DNA of 64,000 nucleotides from Nostoc sp. DedSLP01 (GTDB lineage Bacteria; Cyanobacteriota; Cyanobacteriia; Cyanobacteriales; Nostocaceae): NCBI GenBank assembly GCA_034530875.2, contig JAVRCJ020000001.1, positions 160,001 to 224,000 of the forward strand, read 5' to 3'. Shown piece by piece: positions 55,792 to 64,000 of this stretch (position 1 is its first letter; each line of letters starts with the position of its first letter). The notes under the pieces were generated by a model. It saw only the letters and a program-made list of their open reading frames with translations, ran no database searches and was not told where the DNA came from. The position numbers and the translations under genes were made by a program.

Positions 55792-57438
55792 TCATTGATT
55801 AATAATTGTTGATGCTGGGTGCAATTTTGCTTGATAAACTTTCACTAATCGATCGATACCTTTAAAGCGATAATCTCCCATTTCTTGGAAGCCTTCGGGG
55901 TCTGAAATCATTGCATAAGTTGCTTCACTAATGACGCATTCACTTGGAGGACAAACTCCTTCCATACGAGCTGCAAGATTAATTGTTGCGCCTAATGCTG
56001 TATAGTCTACCCTTTGGGAACTACCAACATCTCCGACAACGGCTTTACCACTATTTATTGCAATGCGTAGTTGTAGGGGTTCTTGCCAAAAGTTATTGGC
56101 ATTGAGATGTTGAAGGCGAGTTAGCATTCCTTTGGCAGCAGCGACGGCGCGATCGGCGTGATCGAACTGCGGTTCTGGAGCGCCAAAAAATGCCATGATA
56201 CAATCGCCAATATATTTATCTAAAGTGCCGCCGCAAGTAAATACTTCTTTGAGCATTTCTTCAAATAAATTATTTAATAGTTGAGCGATCGCAGTTGGTG
56301 TTAATCTTTCTGAAATTGCTGTAAAACCGACTAAATCTGCAAACAAAATACTAATTTCACTCTCTGCTGGCGCTAAACGTCCATCTGGCGAAGCACCTAC
56401 AGCTATCAACTGCTGTACGACTGCTGGAGAATGATAGCGTTCTAGTCGATGACGAATTACTTCTTCAGTTTTCAGTTTCTCTGCCAGCAACCAACGCTGG
56501 ACGCTAGAAGCCACAAGGTTGGCTAAAGCTGAAAAAAAGCTCAGTTCTTCCTCGCCTTCATTTGCCCAATGGTAAGAGGAAAGATTGGCATCGGCATAAA
56601 GAACGCCCACAACTTTATTTTCATCCCATAAAGGCACTGCCATTGCACTGCGAATGCCTTTGACTAAAATACTCTGTTCGCTAGCAAACCGTTCGTCCTG
56701 ATGAGTATCGCCGGTTTGAATCACGACTTTTTCTTCAAATACCTTTTGACAGATGCTACGACTAATCCAACTGCCATCGGCGGGAAGATGTTTTTGTTGG
56801 GCAACATTCCTCGTAGCAGCATTCACTAACTCTAAGTGTCCGCCACTATTGACATCAATTAATAATGCCAAGCGTTCGATGCTATCAAGGTAACGAAATA
56901 CAACTTGTTGAACTTGGGAAAAAATCTCTTCTATAGATGCCGCCGCACAGAGATTTTTGGCGATATCAACTAAATCCTTGAGGCGGGCAATGGTTTTATC
57001 TTTATTGCTGATGTTGCCATCTTTACTATCGGCTGCAATCCACTGCTGTTGTAATTGTTCGACGTTATGAAGAATTGTTCTTTGCTCGTTAGTGTCCGAA
57101 TTTGAGGCTAACTCTGGTACTGATGTCGATTGGGAAACAGGACTTGTGAGCAGCACTACCAGGCTAACATTACCGAGCCAAACAACATCGCCGTGATGTA
57201 ACTCTTGGGGAAAGTTTACTAAATACTTATTTACTTGCGTGCCGTTTTTGCTGCCCAGATCTTCAATAGTCCACCTCCCATCGGTCGTTTTTGAAATACG
57301 AGCATGGGTGCGGGATACTCCACCAAAAGGTAAGTACAAGTTACATTCTGGCAAACGACCAATTGTAAATATATCTTGGTCAACTGCGATGGTTGTCTCA
57401 GTATCTCCCTCTTGTAGGCGTAACGTGAGTTCAGTCAT
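55792..57438 (-). CDS. cyaD: FHA-GAF-class III adenylate cyclase
   Basis: IGRLPEC..VSR.HA..DLGSKNGT (FHA), GAF, FADLVGFT, DKYIGDC, DYTALG..IN.AARME. Confidence 0.85.
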   Translation of the reverse strand: MTELTLRLQEGDTETTIAVDQDIFTIGRLPECNLYLPFGGVSRTHARISKTTDGRWTIEDLGSKNGTQVNKYLVNFPQELHHGDVVWLGNVSLVVLLTSPVSQSTSVPELASNSDTNEQRTILHNVEQLQQQWIAADSKDGNISNKDKTIARLKDLVDIAKNLCAAASIEEIFSQVQQVVFRYLDSIERLALLIDVNSGGHLELVNAATRNVAQQKHLPADGSWISRSICQKVFEEKVVIQTGDTHQDERFASEQSILVKGIRSAMAVPLWDENKVVGVLYADANLSSYHWANEGEEELSFFSALANLVASSVQRWLLAEKLKTEEVIRHRLERYHSPAVVQQLIAVGASPDGRLAPAESEISILFADLVGFTAISERLTPTAIAQLLNNLFEEMLKEVFTCGGTLDKYIGDCIMAFFGAPEPQFDHADRAVAAAKGMLTRLQHLNANNFWQEPLQLRIAINSGKAVVGDVGSSQRVDYTALGATINLAARMEGVCPPSECVISEATYAMISDPEGFQEMGDYRFKGIDRLVKVYQAKLHPASTIINQ

Positions 57439-58251
57439 GAGCGTGATAGATCCATTGAAGCTACAAATGCAAGCAACTCTTGGCTAGGTTATAACCTACA
57501 AGTTAACTCTTCACCTTTTCTTTATGACACTGTTAACCGCATTCCGACAACTGTGTGTATTTAATCTTACAATAAATATAATATGAGCATTTCTAGCCGA
57601 AAATTAGTGTCAACTTCAGCTAAAATCCTGTAAAAGTCTTGCTAAATCTCGTTTATAGCTGTTGGCAAACTGGCGATCGCTACCTTGCCTATGCCAATAA
57701 CTTTGAAGTCCGTTAAAACTATTCATCATAGCTTGATAAATTCTTCATAAATTTGAGGAATATAAGCCAGTAGATATAGCATTCGTCTTTTATTGAGACT
57801 TTTTACATAAGTTGCAAAAGGCTAGAAAAAATCTTTTCCCAACTTCTTACTGACTTGGAGAGCCGGAAGTCTTAACAGGGAACAGATAAGAAATAGTTAC
57901 ATACATAGCGATCGAAAACTTCTTCATCGCGACTACCTACTCTCTACAACAACAATCTCTCAACCCCTTGCTTGCAAAACTTGGAATGCGATGTCATTAA
58001 GTAAGAAAAGTAAGAAAAGTAAGATCTTTTGTCAAACTAATTTACTAAGCTGTTGATAAGCTGTATGTTGATATATAGGATAGGTAGTAAGTGATAGACA
58101 AAGTTCTTCTTTAGAGGATGTTTTAAAAAGGTGGCTAAAATATCCAAAATTTTAGACACCTTTACCTCTTTCCTTCCAAAAATAGCTGATATTAAACTTA
58201 CCAAAATAACCCATTACAAAGAAATTTGTAGTTACTGCATAAATAAAAACA

Positions 58252-58776
58252 ATGTGGTTAAGTACGAGAGGAATTAAGTTTTTTAACGATCGCGAATATA
58301 GAGAGTATACAAAAGCTCTTGGTTTGCCTTCCCGTTATGAAATTCGGAGTATTGATTCTTGGTGCAATCCACACGTTAGTTATTCGCACAACTTTCACCT
58401 AGATTCAGCAGACCGAGTTTGGGATTTGCTCGATTGGCTCCCTAGTCCGGCTTCTAGCCAACAATATTATCTCTTGTTTGCAAATCCTAAGAAACACAAT
58501 ATTCCAGAAAATCACCCAAGATTAAAGCTACTGGGATACGATTTAATAGATATCGAGGGCAAGTCATCTTTGTGGCACTATCGACCTTGGATAGGAATGT
58601 TAAAGCCCTCAATTCAAAAAGTTAATCAGTATGGACTATTAACTTTACCAGATGCTATAACTGCTCAAAATATTCTGCCCCAGGCTTGGCAGAATCACCC
58701 CCGTTCTATTGTGAAGATTTGTACTTTGTTTGAAGTCTTACCTTTAAAAGATTTCCAAATAATTACTAATTCGTAA
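58252..58776 (+). CDS. Hypothetical protein
   Basis: 174-aa ATG ORF with plausible composition; no family recognised. Confidence 0.6.
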   Translation: MWLSTRGIKFFNDREYREYTKALGLPSRYEIRSIDSWCNPHVSYSHNFHLDSADRVWDLLDWLPSPASSQQYYLLFANPKKHNIPENHPRLKLLGYDLIDIEGKSSLWHYRPWIGMLKPSIQKVNQYGLLTLPDAITAQNILPQAWQNHPRSIVKICTLFEVLPLKDFQIITNS

Positions 58777-58777
58777 T

Positions 58778-58800
58778 GGGCTACGCCCCGCTACACTAAC
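58778..58800. mobile_element. 23-bp small dispersed repeat GGGCTACGCCCCGCTACACTAAC flanked by GTAAT direct repeats
   Basis: GC-rich insert in a TAATTCG-type tract; degenerate copy at 52065-52087. Confidence 0.6.
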
Positions 58801-58904
58801 GTAATTATTGAGTTTTAGTTAGCCACCAAAATCTCCAATTTGGTAATATTGAATTAGGAGGGGCATAGATTCCCAACTAATTCAATTACGAATTACGAAT
58901 TATT

Positions 58905-59786
58905 TCAATTTGGTGGTATTTCTAAAGCTATTTCCCCCAATAGTCCCTTGCGAAAATCTGTTAAAAGTTGCCTTGCAGCTCGCTCGACATCACCTTTATA
59001 ACGATGCTCTGCCAAGGCATGTAAATATGCTTCTCCAGTTTCAGATGTGGAATCGAGCTGATAGCGAGACTCTAATGGCTTTTTCGGTAATAAATCTGTG
59101 GCTACAGCTTCCAAATAATTCAGTAAATCTACTAAAGCTGCTGCTACTAGCTGATTATCGTAAGATGCCTCACCGATATCATCGCAAATTGCCAATTTCA
59201 ATGCTGCGTCTTGGTCTTCTAACCTAGCGGGAATAACACCAGGGGCATCAAGTAATTCTAAATGTTCGGAAATTCGTACCCAGCGCAGTTGGCGAGTGAC
59301 TCCGGGACGAGCTGCGCTTTCTACTACTCGCCTTCCTAACAGACGGTTAATCAAAGCCGATTTACCGACATTGGGAAAACCAATTACCACAGCCCGCACT
59401 GGACGGGGTAACATACCGCGATCGCTTCTTCTTTTATTGAGTTCGACTCCAGCCGCTTGTGCTGCCCGTGCCACTTCTGCTATACCTTTACCATGTTGAG
59501 CATTGGTAAAATAAGGGACTTCTCCTTGACGTTTAAACCAATCTACCCATAGCGATCGCATTTGCGGCGTAATCGCATCTACTCGGTTGACTATCAATAC
59601 CCGTGTCTTCCCCTCCACCCACTCAGCTATTTGGGGATGATGAGTCGCTAAGGGAATTCGCGCATCTCTAACCTCAAACACCACATCTACCCGTTTGAGC
59701 TGTTCTTTGAGGTTCTTTTCAGCTTTGGCAATATGACCTGGATACCACTGAATCAGGTTTAACTTATAGTTCTGATTTATACTCAT
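58905..59786 (-). CDS. ylqF: Ribosome biogenesis GTPase YlqF/RbgA
   Basis: IQWYPGH, DARIP, GFPNVGKS, PGVTR, DAPG (circularly permuted GTPase). Confidence 0.93.
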   Translation of the reverse strand: MSINQNYKLNLIQWYPGHIAKAEKNLKEQLKRVDVVFEVRDARIPLATHHPQIAEWVEGKTRVLIVNRVDAITPQMRSLWVDWFKRQGEVPYFTNAQHGKGIAEVARAAQAAGVELNKRRSDRGMLPRPVRAVVIGFPNVGKSALINRLLGRRVVESAARPGVTRQLRWVRISEHLELLDAPGVIPARLEDQDAALKLAICDDIGEASYDNQLVAAALVDLLNYLEAVATDLLPKKPLESRYQLDSTSETGEAYLHALAEHRYKGDVERAARQLLTDFRKGLLGEIALEIPPN

Positions 59787-59845
59787 TTATGATTTACCCT
59801 TTATTATTCGCCCTTCGTCAATTATCTTTTGTAAATGACCAATGA

Positions 59846-60253
59846 CTAATGACTCCCTTTAGCTTGATATAAAATCAGACGATTACCATCGGGGTCATAA
59901 GCATAAATTTCTCTGCCGTGGTCAGCAATGGAAATCTTTCCTGGTGGGGGATAGCCTAAGGTGGTTAGGTGAGCGATCGCATCTTCCAAATTACTCACCT
60001 TTAAGCATAAACTTATCTTACTTTTGGCGCGTAGACAAAGCGGCGAGTCACCAGAAATGACTCCAAATTCCGATTCATTTGTCTTCTTTGGTTTAAAAAT
60101 ACCCAATCGCATACTAATCAAATGAAACTCAGCATAGACATTGGGAATCAAAGTAGCTGGCTTTTGCTCGAATAATTTTGTATAAAAGTTCACTAAATCT
60201 TCATAATTAACAGATGCTATGGTGACGAATGCATCAATGTCTGGGAAAACCAT
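59846..60253 (-). CDS. VOC/glyoxalase family protein
   Basis: FY..LF, SLCL.V..LE.A, HGREIYAYDPDGNRL; start at 60253 preferred. Confidence 0.82.
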   Translation of the reverse strand: MVFPDIDAFVTIASVNYEDLVNFYTKLFEQKPATLIPNVYAEFHLISMRLGIFKPKKTNESEFGVISGDSPLCLRAKSKISLCLKVSNLEDAIAHLTTLGYPPPGKISIADHGREIYAYDPDGNRLILYQAKGSH

Positions 60254-60632
60254 ATTACTCAATATGTCGGTGGATATATAGTATTCCAATTTGATTTATA
60301 AATATACTTACGTAAGCACGCAAGAGCCAAAAAGCATAATAATTTTTTCACAAATCAAATAAGATTTCTATTATTAAATATAAAACGCAAACAGGCACAA
60401 TCAGCTTTCTAAGCAACTTTTACGTTTTTTATTTCAGATAGCAAGCTTATACTTATTGCCTTTTGAGCTTTTCATTTTACGTAGCATAAAGAGTCAAAAT
60501 GCTTACTTTACAATAACTTGTTGTAATAGATTGTGCAAATGATGCTACAGTACACGTATTACAGATGTTAATTCTTTGTTAAGAATCCAAGCTAGTCTAA
60601 TCAATGAATGATTCTAATTCTGAAGTTTTGAC

Positions 60633-61337
60633 ATGCTAAATATTAAAACCAGTATCTTCCTCATCGCAGTTATCTGCATCATTGCTACAGGTTTATTAAT
60701 GTATCTATTGGGTGGCGTTAATCCAGTACAAATTCAAACTTGGCTCAAAGCTGCTGGTATTTGGGCACCAATTATTTATATTCTTCTGTATGTTGTAGCA
60801 ACTGTATTGATTTTGCCCTCAACAGCACTCAACTTGACTGGTGGTGCAATTTTTGGCCCGGTATTAGGAACTATTTGGACTAGTTTAGCTGCAATTATTG
60901 CTGCAATTGTTTCTTTTACTTTTACCCGCACTGTTGGACGCGAAGCAGTAGCCAAAAGATTAGCTGGAAAATGGGAAGCGATGGATGCTGAGGTGCGTCG
61001 GGCAGGGTTATTTTATATGTTTGCTATTCGATTGGTAGCAGTTATGCCTTATGGTTTAGTAAACTTCACTGCTGGGCTAACTTCAGTCAGTTTTAAAGAT
61101 TATGTTCTGGGTACAAGCCTGGGTACAGTTCCTGGAGTTCTACCTTTTGTATTACTAGGTAGTTACGGCTTAAAAGCTTTTAGTACAGGTGATTTTTTGC
61201 CAATGATTCTAGCTTTGTCACTAACTGGCGTATTAGTGGTAGCAGCAACATGGTATCGTCGTCGTCGCACATTTCCCTCAAAACAAGTTGAAGCTATTAA
61301 ATCATCAAAAAATAACACAGATACTCAAGATAAATAA
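60633..61337 (+). CDS. TVP38/TMEM64 (DedA/VTT superfamily) membrane protein
   Basis: LP.T.L...GGAIFG...G, RL....P....N..AG. Confidence 0.85.
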   Translation: MLNIKTSIFLIAVICIIATGLLMYLLGGVNPVQIQTWLKAAGIWAPIIYILLYVVATVLILPSTALNLTGGAIFGPVLGTIWTSLAAIIAAIVSFTFTRTVGREAVAKRLAGKWEAMDAEVRRAGLFYMFAIRLVAVMPYGLVNFTAGLTSVSFKDYVLGTSLGTVPGVLPFVLLGSYGLKAFSTGDFLPMILALSLTGVLVVAATWYRRRRTFPSKQVEAIKSSKNNTDTQDK

Positions 61338-61414
61338 ACCAGATTATTTTCATAATTCAAGAGATATTTTATGCCTGTTTCCTCAATTTTCTAATAAATT
61401 AGGAGGTTTAATAG

Positions 61415-62395
61415 ATGGCTTTAAATAAAAATGTAGAACTTTCTGTAGTAGTTCCTATGTACAATGAGGAACCAAACTTAGACTACTTGTTTGAGCGATT
61501 AGTATCAGTATTAGCTCGTTTGAACATGAAATATGAGATTGTGTGTGTGAACGACGGTAGTAAAGATAAGACTCTTCAATGTTTAGTTGAATATCATTAC
61601 CGTAACCCTGCAATTAAGGTAGTTAACTTATCTCGTAACTTTGGCAAAGAAATTGCTCTCACGGCTGGTATTGACTATACAACAGGTGCAGCAGTAGTTC
61701 CAATTGATGCGGATCTCCAAGATCCACCGGAATTAATTGAGGAGCTAATTCGTAAATGGCGTGAAGGTTATGATGTGGTTTATGCAACTCGGCGATCGCG
61801 TCAAGGAGAAAGCTGGACTAAACGCTTCACAGCTAGCGCTTTCTATCAAACTATAAGTAAATTGAGCCAGATTCCCATTCCTCCCAACACGGGAGATTTT
61901 CGTTTGTTGGATCGATGCGTAGTGAATGCTCTCAAACAAATGCCAGAACGCAATCGTTTTATGAAGGGTTTGTTTGCTTGGGTTGGTTTTCGGCAGACCT
62001 CAATATTATACGATCGCCATCAACGTTATAAAGGAAATACTAAGTGGAATTATTGGAAACTTTGGAACTTTGCTATTGATGGGATTGCTGCATTTAGTTT
62101 AATTCCCTTAAAAGTTTGGACTTATCTTGGTCTTGCTATCTCCTTAATTTCATTTTCATACGCCAGTTTTTTAATAATTCGGACTTTGCTTTTTGGAATT
62201 GATATTCCTGGTTATGCTTCTTTAATGGTGGCAGTATTATTTTTAGGGGGAGTGCAATTACTGAGTCTGGGAATGATAGGCGAATATCTTGGAAGAGTTT
62301 ATGATGAAGTAAAAGCGCGGCCGCTGTATTTAGTTCGAGATGCTTACGGGTTTAAGTCTGAATCTCTCAATGAAAAATCTGTTTCTTGTAATTAG
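61415..62395 (+). CDS. GtrB-like bactoprenol glycosyltransferase (GT2)
   Basis: VVPMYNEE, NDGSKD, SRNFGKE.A, DADLQDPPE, GDFRL, two C-terminal TM helices; AGGAGG RBS. Confidence 0.9.
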   Translation: MALNKNVELSVVVPMYNEEPNLDYLFERLVSVLARLNMKYEIVCVNDGSKDKTLQCLVEYHYRNPAIKVVNLSRNFGKEIALTAGIDYTTGAAVVPIDADLQDPPELIEELIRKWREGYDVVYATRRSRQGESWTKRFTASAFYQTISKLSQIPIPPNTGDFRLLDRCVVNALKQMPERNRFMKGLFAWVGFRQTSILYDRHQRYKGNTKWNYWKLWNFAIDGIAAFSLIPLKVWTYLGLAISLISFSYASFLIIRTLLFGIDIPGYASLMVAVLFLGGVQLLSLGMIGEYLGRVYDEVKARPLYLVRDAYGFKSESLNEKSVSCN

Positions 62396-62605
62396 CGATC
62401 GCCTGAGAAAATCTTCTATAACAATTACTGGATATTATATTAGCAGCTATAACAAAGTAGCTGTTTTTGCACGCATTTAAAACTGAAATAGCACAATATC
62501 TTTACTGAATATCTACAATCGCAGATGATATAGACCTATTATATCTAAATATTTTTTGATAAAATAAAAATTGTTTTTGTAAGATATAAAACAATAATCT
62601 TATCA

Positions 62606-62860
62606 TACAGCAGTTTTGATTTGCATGAGGTACAAATTAACTGGTTTTGAGGCAGGATAGCGCAGCGTAAAGCCTTCTCTACGAGAGGCTTTGCCAACGG
62701 CATGGCTTCTCTACGAGACGCTACGCGTAGCTTGCTTCCCCGTAGGGGTACGCTTAGAGCGAGTCCGCGAGCGTCGCGTCGGCAGGCGGCAGGAAGTAGA
62801 AGAAGAATTTCTATATTTAATTCTCCAGTTGTGTACCTCATTTAGTTGCAACCTGCTGTA
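62606..62860. mobile_element. Composite nested repeat: outer element with 29-bp imperfect TIRs, inner GGCAG-flanked element (62656-62780), further inner hairpin repeats
   Basis: TACAGCAG...TGAGGTACA / TGTACCTCA...CTGCTGTA ends; inner ends match the 32-bp insert at 51887-51918. Confidence 0.7.
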
Positions 62861-62961
62861 ATTTTTAGAGAGAAATTGCTTAGTATCAGAAAATTCAGTT
62901 AATTACTCTGAATTGATATATTGCAAATAATCTTATTCTTGTACATTTAATAGCTAAGATA

Positions 62962-64000
62962 ATGAATACTAAAATTACAAAATTTAATTTCATTGAAGAA
63001 ATACCTACTTTATTAATACTTTTAATAGTTATTACATTAACCTCATTTTCTTTTTCACTCTATGGAATGAATTGGTCAGATACAAGTCAGATATTTCATT
63101 TTGGCAATAGAATTTTACATGGTGATTTTCCCTACAGAGATTTTGACTATCAAACTGGATTTATTGGTATTTTTATTGATGCCTTTTTACAGAAAATATT
63201 AGGAGAAACTTACTTAACTAGTTTAATTGCTAAATTTTTAGTAAAGATTACTACACTATTGTTTTTTTATTTATCTTGTAGGCAATTTACTTCAAGGTTA
63301 ATCTCGTTATCTGTCTCTAGCGCATGGGGATTCATGCATCCTGTACTTTATCGAGGTGGAAACGATAATTATGTCAATTTATTTTTATTAATTTCTACTT
63401 TTTTTATAGTTATCGGCTTGAAACGGCTAGCAGGAAAAGCATCATTTTTATATTTAGCAATAGCCGGTTTTTCTCTAGGTTTAGTGATGGCAGCACGCCA
63501 GAGTAACGGAACTATTTGTCTAATAGTTACATTGGCGATTCTTTTTCTCTATACCTGGAGAGATTTACAAAAATATTTATTGTTTATTGTAGTTCCATTT
63601 TTAATAGGTATTATTTTAGCTTTAGGATTGATAGTAGGAGTATTATTATGGAATAACGCATTATCACAAGCTTTTTACCATCTTTTTATTGGTGCAGCAG
63701 AAAAAAAACATGTTAGCGGCTTCTCAAGCGTAATAGACGCTTTATCAGGTGGAACAATTTCCAGTCATTCTTCTGTTAGAGAAATTGTTGTATATTTAAT
63801 TTTTCCATTAGTTTTATATCTAATAGCTTTTCTGCTAATCGAAAAATTGAGAAAATTTGTAAATTATAAAAAATTCGATTCAACTAATTTAACAATACTA
63901 GTAATTACTGTTTTACTAATTGGTGGTGGCTTTTTTGGAGAAAAAGTTTTAGGCGCGAATAACATCATAAATTATGACATGCCTAGAACATTCTTTAGTC
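62962..64000 (+). CDS. Polytopic membrane protein, probable GT-C fold glycosyltransferase; runs off the window and is absent from the ORF track
   Basis: MNTKITKFNF.. one TM helix, then WSDTSQIFHFGNRILHGDFPYRDF loop and many hydrophobic segments; very AT-rich. Confidence 0.7.
   Translation, partial: MNTKITKFNFIEEIPTLLILLIVITLTSFSFSLYGMNWSDTSQIFHFGNRILHGDFPYRDFDYQTGFIGIFIDAFLQKILGETYLTSLIAKFLVKITTLLFFYLSCRQFTSRLISLSVSSAWGFMHPVLYRGGNDNYVNLFLLISTFFIVIGLKRLAGKASFLYLAIAGFSLGLVMAARQSNGTICLIVTLAILFLYTWRDLQKYLLFIVVPFLIGIILALGLIVGVLLWNNALSQAFYHLFIGAAEKKHVSGFSSVIDALSGGTISSHSSVREIVVYLIFPLVLYLIAFLLIEKLRKFVNYKKFDSTNLTILVITVLLIGGGFFGEKVLGANNIINYDMPRTFFS

Noticed and set aside
62545..62841. 98-aa minus-strand ORF
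   Set aside because: Coincides with the nested repeat composite and has no protein-like features.

Overview
Chromosomal window from a heterocystous-type cyanobacterium (Nostocales-like). This assignment is inferred from dense HIP1 GCGATCGC octamers, STRR heptamer tracts and the gene content. Housekeeping and signalling genes include the lepA 3' end, a PAS/GAF diguanylate cyclase, a GT4, a cyanophycinase-like peptidase, a Ser/Thr-His hybrid kinase, sppA, the 2-oxoglutarate decarboxylase/SSADH pair, cyaD and ylqF. They surround a ~23-kb extracellular contractile injection system (eCIS) locus at 14787-37474. The locus encodes an AAA ATPase, DUF4255 cap, sheath, two tubes, an unlisted 54-aa gene, LysM, VgrG spike, gp25, two baseplate proteins, a repeat-containing fibre with a self-cleaving chaperone, and a tape measure; no PAAR gene is present. 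The top candidate for novelty is an 888-aa DUF4157 gene inserted in the baseplate block. Its GC-richer C-terminal region carries the ordered motif set of a glutamine-synthetase-fold carboxylate-amine ligase resembling the Vibrio actin cross-linking domain, and it has no adjacent immunity gene. Other notable items are a highly structured ~300-nt leader before the eCIS operon, a GHL10 glycoside hydrolase fused to a two-lobed pepsin-like protease, and a lamin-tail protein with three near-identical 61-aa repeats. There are also tandem RTX paralogues plus a relic, two pseudogenes, and nested small mobile repeats. All family assignments come from reading motifs by eye; no database searches were run.
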